Assembly: GCA_963575745.1 (NCBI GenBank)
Contig: CAUYUJ010000113.1
Coordinates: 62,001-118,090, forward strand
Direction of reading: 5' to 3'
DNA length: 56,090 nt
DNA from: Prorocentrum cordatum
Taxonomy: Eukaryota
Below are positions 11,161-22,200 of this stretch, one piece after another. The stretch's first letter is position 1; each line of letters opens with the position of its first letter. The translations under genes and the position numbers were made by a program. The notes under the pieces were generated by a model. That model was not told where the DNA came from. It saw only the letters and a program-made list of their open reading frames with translations, and made no database searches.

Positions 11161-14100
11161 ATGGCTGTGGGCTTCCTGGGGGCGCACCTGATGATCTTGG
11201 TTACGGGCGGCGCTCTCACGGTCCAAGGGGCACTTGGCTGGCTGCCGTTCGGGCGCGGGGGACAGGAGGTCCCAGCGCCGACGCCGCCAGCCCTGCCCGG
11301 GCCGACAGCGCTGCCGGCAGGCGGTGGGGGGCGAGGCAAGGGGCGAGGACCGCCCGCCAAGCCCGCGCCTGCAGGGGGAAAGGGGCGAGGGCCGCAGGCC
11401 AAGCCCCCGGGGACGCCGGGCGTCCCACCGCCGCCGCGGTCAGGGTCGACTACAACGACCACGACCGCGGGCATCGGGCGCGTAGGCGAGGGCGAGCCCA
11501 CGGGCAGCCCAGCTACGCCGGCGTACGGAGGTAACAACGAGCCCACGGGCGCGCCTGGGCAGCCGTCCGCCCCGGGAAACCGGACGGGCGATGGTGAGCC
11601 TGACCTGCCGCGTGGGCTGGACGGGTATTGGGGGTGGAGTGGTTGGGTCCCGCACCTGCCCCATTGGTGGGCTGGCCGGAACGTACCCCCACCGCCGCCG
11701 CCGCCACCTACCCCGCCCCCGGAGGCGGGGCCGGGTCCCGGTTGGGGCTTCGCAGCCTGGGTCTTCGAGTTCGTGGGCTACGGAGCGTGGGTAAGCTCCC
11801 CCGACCACCCGGGCACGATCCGCACGAGTGGCGGATGGATTGGATCCGCCGTCGACCGCCTGGGCGTTAAGATGCTTGGGTACTGGTGGGAGACCGCGGT
11901 CCTATGCTTTGCCCTAGGCATTTTCACGTTCGTGTTGGGTGCCCTGGCTTTCATCGTCAACACCGCGGCCCAGCCTATGCTGTGGGCAGCCGGGGGACTC
12001 CGCTGGGCGTGGTACCAGATTACCCGGTGCTGCCAGCGACGCGGAGGCGATGGGCCCGGCGCCCATCTTCCCCCACCCCCTCCGACCCCCTTGCTGGTGC
12101 GCTGGCGCGGGCCGGGCTTGGGCGGCGTGGTGGAGACGGAGTTCTACACAAAGGGGGTCCGCGGCCGAGGGACCAATCGGGCGTACAACCACGTGCTTCT
12201 GCGTAAGCACGGGCAGGTGGCCCGCATCAGCTGCAACTTCGCGGACCGGTACCGACTGGACCGCCACGGGCTCAACATCAAGATCGGGCAGGTCCTGGGG
12301 TGCACCAGTCGCAAGTGGCGGCTGAACCTCGAGGAGACAGGGAATGTGCATCTATGTCGTGCCGTCGAGTGCGCCTCCTGTCCAGTGGCGCATCCCATGC
12401 ATGTCGACCAGTACGCGGCCATTGACCGCACACAGATCGTGGACTTGGCTGAGCACGGAAAGGCCACGGCCTGCCGGGCAGTCGGCGTGGGACTCCGGAA
12501 GGTGTTCGGGGTCGTCAAGTGGCTGCTTTGCTCACCCTGGTCGGTTCTCGGATGGCTGTGCCGGGGTCGGCCGGAGCCCCGCTACATCACCGACGCCACG
12601 GGCTATCGCCGCCTGGACATCGATTCGGAGAGCGAGGTGGAGGCGGAGGAGCGCCCCTGCCAAGCCGCACAAGTTGGGGCGCAGCTCGCGGGTGGCGCAC
12701 GCCCCCTCCAGCCGGAGGGGTGCGGCGACCGAGGGATGCAGGAGGCTACTGTTCTGCTACAGGAGGACGCGGAGGTGTCGGACGTCCCCCGGCCGGGGCA
12801 TTGTCTCAATGCACAGGTGCACCTCTGCGCCCACCATGCGCAGAAGTATCGGTCTACCCTGATCGGCCGCAAGTGCAGCCTCCCCACTTGTCTCCGCATG
12901 GCGAAGGGTAGCTGCGGGGGGGCCCCGATGTGCGGGGAACATCTCCGACGGGACGAGGGTCACACCGTGCGCGTCGAAGCGACGGTCCAACCTGGGATTC
13001 TCGGGGGCCTGCGCCGCCGCATGCGGGCGCGGGCTCCAAGCCCCGGCAGGGCGCGCGATTGGACTGCGCACGCCGCCGATGGGGTTGGCATAGCGCCCGG
13101 GCCGGTCTACCCCCCGCCTCTACCTCCCCCCGCTGCACCGCCACCGCCCGCCGTGGCCCCATCTGTCGATGTGGAGCCCACGGGGGCGCAGGCCCTAGCC
13201 TCTGGGCCGCAGCCGCGTCGCACACGCTCCGCGGAAGCAAGGGCCAACGGACGCTCACGGTCTGCCGACCGCGGAGCCCCGGGCGATCGGATCGCCCATC
13301 ACGGGTGGCTTCAGGAGCCCCTACTCGTGAAGGTCTGCCCGATACTTCCGGGCGACCCTCGGGGAGCCGAGGAGGCGTACGGCGCGCCCCCGGCGAGTCC
13401 TTGGTTTATTCTATTGGGAGAATGCGAGGGGCTCGACGTACGGGGCACTGGCGGGGACGCCCGACTTATCATCGGGACTAGCCTCGAGGGCGTCAGGGTG
13501 GAGGTCCCAGCCAGCGAAGTCGTACGGCACCCCCCTCCGCTGGAGGACGGGCGCTACCCGATAGATTGGATCAATCGGCTGCTGTACGAGGTCCCCCAAG
13601 GGGCTCGGGAAGTGGGGTTGCGTGTCATCGCCCACCACATCCCGCAGGATCTGCTGGCGATGTTACGCCAGGAGCAGTGGGACGGTGTGGACGTGGAAAG
13701 CGCGAGCGGCTGGAGGCGGCGCTACCTGACGAACACGGAGCGCCAGCAGCTGCAGCACGACCCGGTGCGCACACTCGGCCACCATCGGCGGGGCGGCGCG
13801 CAGGGGGCGCAGCCTGCGCCCGGGATGGAGGGCTTGCCCCGTCCAGCCCCCGTGGCGGCACCGTCGCGCTTGGCGGCGGCCGCCGCCGGCGTGAGCGAGG
13901 ATGCTGAGGAGCCCGACCCACTCGAAATGTTCATGGATTCCTTGCGAGCCGAGGATCTCAAAGGACGGGGGGGCCAAGCGGCGGCCCTCAGTGCATTAGG
14001 TATGGCCGCGGACCTGCTCGGGGTTCCGCTTGATCAGGCGGAACGGCAGCTGCGGCGGAGGGTCGCACAGGTGGCAGCGGCGGGCCCACTGGGGTCCGAC

Positions 14101-16245
14101 CTGGAGCGCGCCCTCGCGGATTTGGAGGATGCGCAGCTGGAAGCGCGCGCGCGGGAGCGTGCTGCGGCCGCCGACAGGGTTCCCCTGCAGGGCAGCCTCT
14201 CACGCGAGGGGTCGCGGAGTCGCTCGGCGCGGGGACGGGATCCCAGCCCGAAGCAGGGACCCCGACGCGAGCTCTTCGGGGCCATGCCCCCCATCCAACC
14301 CACGGGCCCACGACGGGGCTTGCTGGGTGATCGGGACCTGCTGGCACGCGATGGACGCGGGGGGGCCGCTCGTGGGGCCAATCCGCTCCTCGACGGGGCC
14401 TCGGTCCTTGGCCACCTCACTGGCCAGACGCCCCACGGGGGCGGCCTGGGTGGGGAGCGAGCTGGGGGCCCAGACGACGCCGGGGCGGCGGGCGCCCTGG
14501 GCGGGCTGACAGCCGAGGCCGAAGCCCAGATCATCGAGCGCCTGGATCGCCAGAACCGCCTCACCGAACGCCACGTCCTCGCCGCCGAGCGGCAGGCGCG
14601 GGCCACCGAGGGCGACAAGAAGGCCCGGGGCACCAGGGCAGGGATCGGTCGGGACGAGGAACTTGATCTTTACATAGCCCGGGGATGCAACACCTTCGTG
14701 GTTGAGGCCTGCGAGGGGATCACGGGGAAGGACTTGTTCGACTCTCTCAAGCGCATGTGTGCGCACTCCAAGAGCACGCTCAAGACGATCGGGTTTCCCT
14801 GCCTGGTTACCAACCGTGTGGCGCACGGCTACGCGGCGCTCGCCTTCGGGACGGGCCCTCACGACCTGGCGGTGGACGACTGCGTCCCCGCGCGTGACGA
14901 GGACTTCGATGGCTATCGGCTCCCTGTGGACGACAAGCTGGAGCCCCGCCAGCGGCCCGCCACCCACATGGCGACCTGGTTCAAGAGGGCCCGGTGCGAG
15001 ATCCAGATGTTCGAGTCCATCGTAGGGGTCGCACATGGGGCGGAGCGTCGGCGGTCGTTAGGGTTCTTGGAGGCGGCCTTCGAGAGGGACCCCTCGGAGT
15101 TCCCAGACCATTGGGTCAAGGATCTGTGGGAAGAGCTCCGAAGCACGTGGGTCGAGGAGTTACGGGAGCTGAGGCGTCGGCTCTGCCGAGAGCTCGACAC
15201 CGAGAACCCGAGGAGGGAGGACATCAAGTACATCCTACTCATGCCGGAGAACGGCTACGATTTGCCCCGAACGTTCGACCTCGGGGACCCGAACGCCTAC
15301 TACCAGCAGGTGGTCGTGCCCCGGCGCAAGGCCGCACTCACGCGCCTCCTCAATGGGCAGCTGAACGCCCACCTCACGAAGCGACCGCCCAAAGCGGGAG
15401 GGAGCGAGGAAATGGGCGATCCCCGGCCCACGGCGCAGGGGGATGACAGGCCCAAGGCGGGGGCTGGGCCCCAGCCGAAGGCGGGGCCCAAGGCGGGCAC
15501 CGGGGCCCCAGCGGGGACAGCCCCCAAGAGGGCGTACCCAGCGGGCAAGGAACTAACACGCCCGGAGCGTACGCGATCCGTGGCGCATGCGCCCCGCAAT
15601 AAGGACAACGTCCCTATCTGCTGGGGGGCCACCACGCACATGGGCTGCTCGCGGAAGGCTTGCGATTGCCCTAACTCCCATGACCCCATCAAGTCAACGC
15701 GCGGCTTGGACTACTCGGTAGTCATGCAGCTCACGAGGCGCGGGGGGCTCCTTGGGACGCCCCGGATCGATCCCAAGCAGGTGGATGGGATGATTGCGCA
15801 GCTGCGCTCGCAAGCCAAGGCAGCCGAGGCCGAGAAGGTTGGCGAGGACACCTCCCCACCTGCTGCCCCTGACTCCCAGAAGGAAAAGGGCCGTGGCCGT
15901 GGCAGCGGCTCGCGAGCAGCGGGCGACCCGGGCCCGGGGCAGGCCCCGGACGACTACACCGCGCTCCAGCTTACCGCGATGGAATCTGACCTCCGGGAAG
16001 CGGTTAAGGGCCCCGACTTCGGATGGCTCGAAGACCACGACCGCCCGCGCGCGGCGGCCACTTGGGACGCCCAGCCCGCGGGTGATGGGCCGGAGCTTCG
16101 CCTCAAACTCATGCAGGAGCTCGAATCCGAGGGCATCTTCGCGCCTCTGAAGGGGGCCGGCGAGTACTTGCAGAGCCACGTGCGCGGGCGCGTCTTGGGG
16201 GCGCGCCTGCGCGGGGAGCGGCTCACCCTGGAGCGAGCCCTCTAG
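11161..16245 (+). CDS. ORF1, 1694 aa Gag-like protein with N-terminal hydrophobic/TM segments, Cys/His clusters and C-terminal CCCH finger
   Basis: ATG 74 nt after A1; hydrophobic 11161-11244 and 11896-11958 (AVLCFALGIFTFVLGALAFIV); CCCH motif CWGATTHMGCSRKACDCPNSH at 15619-15681; lies upstream of RT. Confidence 0.85.
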   Translation: MAVGFLGAHLMILVTGGALTVQGALGWLPFGRGGQEVPAPTPPALPGPTALPAGGGGRGKGRGPPAKPAPAGGKGRGPQAKPPGTPGVPPPPRSGSTTTTTTAGIGRVGEGEPTGSPATPAYGGNNEPTGAPGQPSAPGNRTGDGEPDLPRGLDGYWGWSGWVPHLPHWWAGRNVPPPPPPPPTPPPEAGPGPGWGFAAWVFEFVGYGAWVSSPDHPGTIRTSGGWIGSAVDRLGVKMLGYWWETAVLCFALGIFTFVLGALAFIVNTAAQPMLWAAGGLRWAWYQITRCCQRRGGDGPGAHLPPPPPTPLLVRWRGPGLGGVVETEFYTKGVRGRGTNRAYNHVLLRKHGQVARISCNFADRYRLDRHGLNIKIGQVLGCTSRKWRLNLEETGNVHLCRAVECASCPVAHPMHVDQYAAIDRTQIVDLAEHGKATACRAVGVGLRKVFGVVKWLLCSPWSVLGWLCRGRPEPRYITDATGYRRLDIDSESEVEAEERPCQAAQVGAQLAGGARPLQPEGCGDRGMQEATVLLQEDAEVSDVPRPGHCLNAQVHLCAHHAQKYRSTLIGRKCSLPTCLRMAKGSCGGAPMCGEHLRRDEGHTVRVEATVQPGILGGLRRRMRARAPSPGRARDWTAHAADGVGIAPGPVYPPPLPPPAAPPPPAVAPSVDVEPTGAQALASGPQPRRTRSAEARANGRSRSADRGAPGDRIAHHGWLQEPLLVKVCPILPGDPRGAEEAYGAPPASPWFILLGECEGLDVRGTGGDARLIIGTSLEGVRVEVPASEVVRHPPPLEDGRYPIDWINRLLYEVPQGAREVGLRVIAHHIPQDLLAMLRQEQWDGVDVESASGWRRRYLTNTERQQLQHDPVRTLGHHRRGGAQGAQPAPGMEGLPRPAPVAAPSRLAAAAAGVSEDAEEPDPLEMFMDSLRAEDLKGRGGQAAALSALGMAADLLGVPLDQAERQLRRRVAQVAAAGPLGSDLERALADLEDAQLEARARERAAAADRVPLQGSLSREGSRSRSARGRDPSPKQGPRRELFGAMPPIQPTGPRRGLLGDRDLLARDGRGGAARGANPLLDGASVLGHLTGQTPHGGGLGGERAGGPDDAGAAGALGGLTAEAEAQIIERLDRQNRLTERHVLAAERQARATEGDKKARGTRAGIGRDEELDLYIARGCNTFVVEACEGITGKDLFDSLKRMCAHSKSTLKTIGFPCLVTNRVAHGYAALAFGTGPHDLAVDDCVPARDEDFDGYRLPVDDKLEPRQRPATHMATWFKRARCEIQMFESIVGVAHGAERRRSLGFLEAAFERDPSEFPDHWVKDLWEELRSTWVEELRELRRRLCRELDTENPRREDIKYILLMPENGYDLPRTFDLGDPNAYYQQVVVPRRKAALTRLLNGQLNAHLTKRPPKAGGSEEMGDPRPTAQGDDRPKAGAGPQPKAGPKAGTGAPAGTAPKRAYPAGKELTRPERTRSVAHAPRNKDNVPICWGATTHMGCSRKACDCPNSHDPIKSTRGLDYSVVMQLTRRGGLLGTPRIDPKQVDGMIAQLRSQAKAAEAEKVGEDTSPPAAPDSQKEKGRGRGSGSRAAGDPGPGQAPDDYTALQLTAMESDLREAVKGPDFGWLEDHDRPRAAATWDAQPAGDGPELRLKLMQELESEGIFAPLKGAGEYLQSHVRGRVLGARLRGERLTLERAL

Positions 16246-19200
16246 GAAGCCGTGGACCGAGGCCATCGGGGTCTCAGCAGCGAGGCAGCCGACCTGCATG
16301 AGGCGCTTAGCTGCGCCGCAGGATACGTCACCGAGGGCGGGGCCGAGGTTGGCCCGGTTGCGTGGGACACCGACGGGCTAATAGGCCGCGGGTCCTATAC
16401 CTTCTGGGACGGGGACACCCGCATCCAGTGGGACTTCATCGACTACCGGGACCGCCTCGGCCCTACAGAGGAGATGGGCCAGGCGATGGGCCTGGAGGTG
16501 GGCGACGCCGAGGAGCGGCAGTGCCTGCTACTGCACGTGGCTGCGGGTGTGCTCCTGCTACGCGCGGGCGAGGGCACAGGTGAGCCCAGCCCGGACGCGG
16601 TGCAGCAGTTGGCCGCGACGTATCGCCATGCACTATGGGAGGAGGCCCATGAGGCCCTGCGGGCCCTGGGCGACTCCCCACCGTGGATCACGGCCCTGGA
16701 GGCCGATGTCCGCTCCTACGTCCATGATGCGGTGCACCCGCACCACGACAAGGACTATCGCTGCCTGGCAGCATGCCCCGTCGCCGACCTCGACGCCGTC
16801 ACGCTCCAGGTGCACCGTGTCAACGGCAGTGGGCGCCTATGCGTGGACCACCTAATGGGGACGGGTGTCGGCGCGGAGGATCACGTAATTCCGCTCCTGA
16901 TCTGGCGTGGCCATATGCGCGCCTTGCGCCCACGCTCCCACGCGGAGGCGGCGGCCCTAGGCCAGCGCTGGGGGCACGCAGGACGCCTGTCCCGCGAGAT
17001 CGTAAGTGTCGGCTGGCGCGAGATGCTCGATGAAGGCCCGGACGTTGAACCCACCGTCCCGGGCAAGAGCGCGCCCTGCACCCACTGCAAGGCAGCGGAA
17101 GGTCGGGCGGGCCGCGCAGTGGGACGCGCGCCAGCCTCGTTCGGGGAACATCCAGCCGACGTCCAGGCACGCCTCCTGGAGGCGAACGCGATGCCGATTC
17201 GACACGACCCCGCGTTCGCGTACGGTTTGATCGCCCAGGAGGTGTACGCCGGTTCGGGAAATTGGTCGGCCGCGCTTCGCGCCGAGGGCATCCGGGTGCT
17301 GGAGCCGATCGAATATTACGACGACCCCCTCCGAGAGTCCGGCCCACGGCCGGATCATGACACCCTCGACCCAGCGGTTCGCGCGCGCCTACAGGAGGCC
17401 GCACGGACCCCCATGGGCCCCGACGTGGCCAACGTTTGGTGCTGGGGTACCCCGTGTGGCTCGCACACCGACCTCGGGCTCATGACCCAGCCGGGCGGGA
17501 CCCCGCAGGGCACCCGCACGTGGGAGCACCCCGAGGGGGATGGCTCCAAAGAGTTCGAGCGCGTGGGTAACAGCCACACACAGTTCACGTGCGACACCTG
17601 CCGCATCCTACACGACGCCGGCAAGGAGTTTCTCATCGAGTCCTCCTGCCCCTCGGGCCGCTACCCCAAGATTTGGGACCAGGCCCCGATGCACGAGCTG
17701 CGTCGAGCGACGGGGGCCATGATCGTCCCGATCCACATGTGCGCCTGGGGTAAGGCCCCGTCCGACGCGCCAGAGAGCCGCTATCGCAAGGGCAGCTGGT
17801 GGCTCGTCAGCCCCCGGCTGTACCTGCACGCTCTGCTGTTGGCGCGACGTTGCCCACGTGACCACCACCACGTCGAGCTGAAGGATCACGTGCCGGGCTC
17901 GGGCATTAAGCGCACCAAGGAGGCGCAGGTTTGGGCCCCCCGCCTTTGCGCCGCGTGGGCAAAGGTGTTGAAAGGGGCCTATCACCGCTGGTCGGTGAGC
18001 CAACTGCGTCGGCAGTTGGCGCCTATATGGGAGGATGGCCCGGGGGCGTCCCCCAAAATCGCCCGGGCGGAGGCGCCCGGGCGCCTGCAGGGCGTCGACT
18101 TCACTGGAATCGAGCGCCTGCAGGCCTCAGGGGACGGCTCAAAATGCGGTAGGCTTAGCCCAGCCATGCACCGAGCATTGGCGGGGCTTCCAAAGCCCCC
18201 ATTGGGCAAGGCACAGGGGGAGGTGAGTGCGGGCAAGACTCGACCCCCTTGCGAGGATCCGGCCAGAGATATCGCGGAGGACCTCGACGGGTGCAGCCCG
18301 GCGGAGCTGGCCACGGTCTACCTGACCTTCTGCACGGAGCACCCTGAGTACGACCCCGAAGCCATGCGGACCCTGGTGGGGCTGGGGGATCAGCTCCTCC
18401 AGCGGACGGGGTCCCTGAAGGAAGCGGCCGCGCTGCTTAGGCGCGCGCGCCACGAGCGCCTAGGCAACCCCCTTCGGGGTGTCCTGGGGGACAAGGTGCG
18501 ACGGTGTTTAAGCCGAGAGCACTTCGAGTACGTCCGGGAGCTAGCGGAAGGGGGAGCCTCCGCGCGGCGGGGCGCGCCGCGGAGGCGCGAGCGAGCCCAG
18601 CCGTACCCCAGCGTGCGAGCCCACATCGACGAGGCCTACCAGAAGGTATGGGCGGATGTGACCTGGGGGATCGTCCTGGTGGCTTCCCAGGCGGCAGAGG
18701 GTTTTCTGACGGAGCTGGTGGAAGCCCCCCTGGGGAGGGTACCGAAGCAGCTACCGGACAGGACCTTGTCGTCCGAAGGGCGTATGATCCACGCGATGCT
18801 CTCGGCCAACGCCGCCACACACAAGCGCGACCACCCGCCTGCCGTCCAGCCACGCCATCGGCAAGTGGCGAGGACGGCGGTATGGCATCGCGCGCGCCAC
18901 CCCGGAGCGCGCCTCCTCTGCGCCAAGCGGGACGTCTCGCGGGCCTTCAAGTGGCTGGACATCGCCCCGGCGGACGTCGGGGACTTTGGCACCTCATTGC
19001 CGGGGGCCCACGCTGGCATCGAGGGGGACGTCAGAGTCGTTTACCTAGCCATGGTGTTTGGGTGGACGGGAGCCCCAGGCAATTACATGATGCTCGCCCT
19101 GGCGGCGAGGGAGCTCCACGAGAGCTATCGGCCTGGGGAGCCGCACTGGCACGACACCACCCACTTCCACTCGGAGTGGCTCATGGATGACCCTGTGGTG

Positions 19201-22200
19201 GTGGAGCCCGACATTGGGGTCCGACCGTGGATGGCCTGCGACGCATTGGATGCCTCCATACGTGAGGTGTTTGGGTCCGAAGCAGTGAACGTCAGCAAGA
19301 GGGACGCCGAGGGGGAGCCTTCCACCACGCAGATTATCTGGGGGCTCAGTATGGACTTCGAGCGCGAGCGAGTTGGACTCCCGGAGCCCAAGGCCATGAA
19401 GATGCGCTTCCTACTGGCGGAGCCGGAGCTGAGCTTCGGCTGCCGCATGGTCCGGCTGCGAACCGCGAGGGAGCTAAGTGGGCTCGGCCAGTTCTGCGCC
19501 TGCGCAGCTCCAGCCCTGAGCCTGGAGCTCCCAGCGGTCCACCGGATGCTGTCGGGTGACCCAGGTCAGGCCTACGTCCATCCGCCGGGCGACCCCGAGA
19601 TGGTAGAGGCTGCGTGGGACGATTGGCACCAGACCCTGGATTGGCTGCGCGTCTGCTTTGAGATGCCGGTCGAGGGTAACTTCGAGACCTCCTTCGAGGG
19701 CCTGCTAGGCCTTCGCGAGGCCCTCGCACTCCCGGGGGCGCTCGGCAAGCTGCGCTGGCTGGGAGGCGATGCCACCCTGGATCGGATCGGTGCGCTGGAC
19801 TGGTCCTCGCGCGAGTACATCGTGGCGGAGGCGGCTCCCTATCTGGAGACGCTCCGCTCCGCCCCTGGGGTCACCTGGCAGGGGGAGGGGGAGATCATCG
19901 CGGTGGTCGAACTACTCTGCCTGATAGCCTTGGCGGCCGAGAAGGGCCCGGACTGGTTCCAGCTGCTATTGCCGTACGTCACTGACAACAGCAATGTCAG
20001 CCGCTGGCTGCGACGCCGCCGGGCACGGAACGCGGTGGCGCGCCACCTGCTTCGAGTCCTGGCCATGCTGGAGCTACGGTACAAGTTCCGGGTCCTGGAC
20101 GGGCTTTACTTACGGACTTACCACAACGAGCTGGCCGACTTCATTACTCGTGCCACGGTGGAGGAGGTACGCCAGCGGATGGCGGAGGCCGGATGGACCG
20201 AGCTGTCGCCGGCAGCACCGTGGGGCGAGCTGGTGGAGGAGGCCGCCCAGCGCGAGCTGCGGATGCCAGGAGACGACGGGCCCTGGCGCGCGGCTGCGCT
20301 CCAAGTCAAAGGAGCCCGGGAGGCCCTACCACGCTACGCCCCCCTGCAGGTCGAGGGGGCGCGGCTGCTGGAGGTGGGAACCGCGTGGCCCCCCTTTGGG
20401 GAGGCATGGGAGAGCCTCGGTGGGTCGGCGCTGCTAGCGCCGTGGGATGTCGGTGACCGATGGGACCCGGACGACGGGGACCATCCCAAGGACCCCACTG
20501 GGGCCCCACGGACCCGCTGGCTGTGCGTGTCACTATCGGAGGACCCCGGTGGACGCGAAGCGACGGGCCTGGAGCGGCTACTGATCACCATTCGGCCACT
20601 GGCCGTGTTGCTCGACGCCCCCGTCAACTACGCTGCAGTGCGGCTAGGGGCGCGCTTACGGCGCCTCGGCTATGTGGCACTCTCCCCAGAGACGCGCCTA
20701 CTGTGCACACACTTCGGCGACGTCACGGCACGCGCGCGGGCGGTCCAGGTTTGGGGTTGCGGAGAACGGGTTCGGGCACCGAGCCCCATACCCCCCCTGG
20801 GGCAGCCCTGCGTGGAGCCACGCGGCCTCTGCCAGCTCTGGAAAGAGGCAGGGCGGCCACCGCTGGATGAGCTCCGCCTGGACCTCAACAACGGCACCTT
20901 GCTCGTGGACCCTCGGATCTCGACGACGGGGGATCGCATGATGCCCTGGCCGCGCGGCACATGGCAGCCCGCGGGAGGCGGGCGGGCCCAGCGCGTGGTG
21001 ATTCATGATCCGCGCGGGCCCTGCCATACGGCACGGGCGAAGCCCGACCCGTTGAAGGGCTATGCGAACACCCTGATCCTGGAAGGGTCCGAGGGCGGCT
21101 GGACCGTGCGAGCCCTGCACCCGAAAGAAATCTGGTGCGCCCAGGGGGGCACGGCGGAGCTGTGGGATGCCTTGGGCCTTGGAGGTACGCCGATCGCCGA
21201 GCGCATGCGGCAGGCCGCTCGTGCACTCCCGCGTCGCACGGCCCGCTGGGTGCTCCAGTGGGCGGAGCGCCTGCTGAGGCAGGCCGTAGAGGCAGCGAGC
21301 GCAGGCGAGGCACCCGGGGCGCGCGCTGGCGTCGGACCCGATCACGACCGACTCGCTAACGACGAGATGGTTAAGCTGTGGCTAAAGGCCTGGCTTCAGG
21401 CCCCCGATCGCCCAAGCGGGCCATTCGAGGCTGCGCTGGAGGCGGGGAAGACGACGGACGACGCCGCTCGGTTGGCGGACCAGCTCGACCCCCCTGCTAC
21501 CGCGCGGTCCACCGCAGCAGGGGAGGACGGGGCAGGCGGGGAGCGGGTCGGGGCGGTGACCTTCGCTGTTCCGGAAGGCGCGGGCATGCCCAGGCCAAGC
21601 GCCATGGACGGCGTGGGCGGCGAGGCTCGCCCCCCGCGCAAGGCCCGCCGGCGTGCCCGCAGCGCCCCTGCTCCCGCGCTGGTGAAGCCCGCCGCCTGGC
21701 GGTACGCCGGCGGGGGCGCCCCGAAAGGGATTCAAGGTGAACTCACCGACCCCCGCGAGCTGGATGCGACCGCCACCGAGGCGATGTTGGCCAAGCTTGC
21801 CGAAGGGACGCGGGCCAATTACAGCGCCGGGTGGCGTAACTGGGTACTCTGGCGGAGGCTCCGAGGCCGGAGCCCATACCTGCAGGGGGAGACTCGGGAC
21901 GCCCGCCTTACGGATGAGGATGACCTCATCCGGTATGTCGTGTACCTGTACAAGGTGATGAAGAGGCGGGCCACGACCATCCGCCAGCGCCTGTTCGCCA
22001 TTCGATATGCCCACACCCTGGCCGGGTTTGGGGATGTGACCTCCGATCGGCGCCGGCTCTGGACCACGATCGAGGGACTCCGCCGCTGGGACGGAAAGGC
22101 GAAACGGAAGCTGCCGGCCACGCCCCGGATGTTGCGCTGGCTCCGCGAGTACTTGTTCGCCCACGGGACGGCCACGCGCCGGGAGGCGACCATCCTATGG

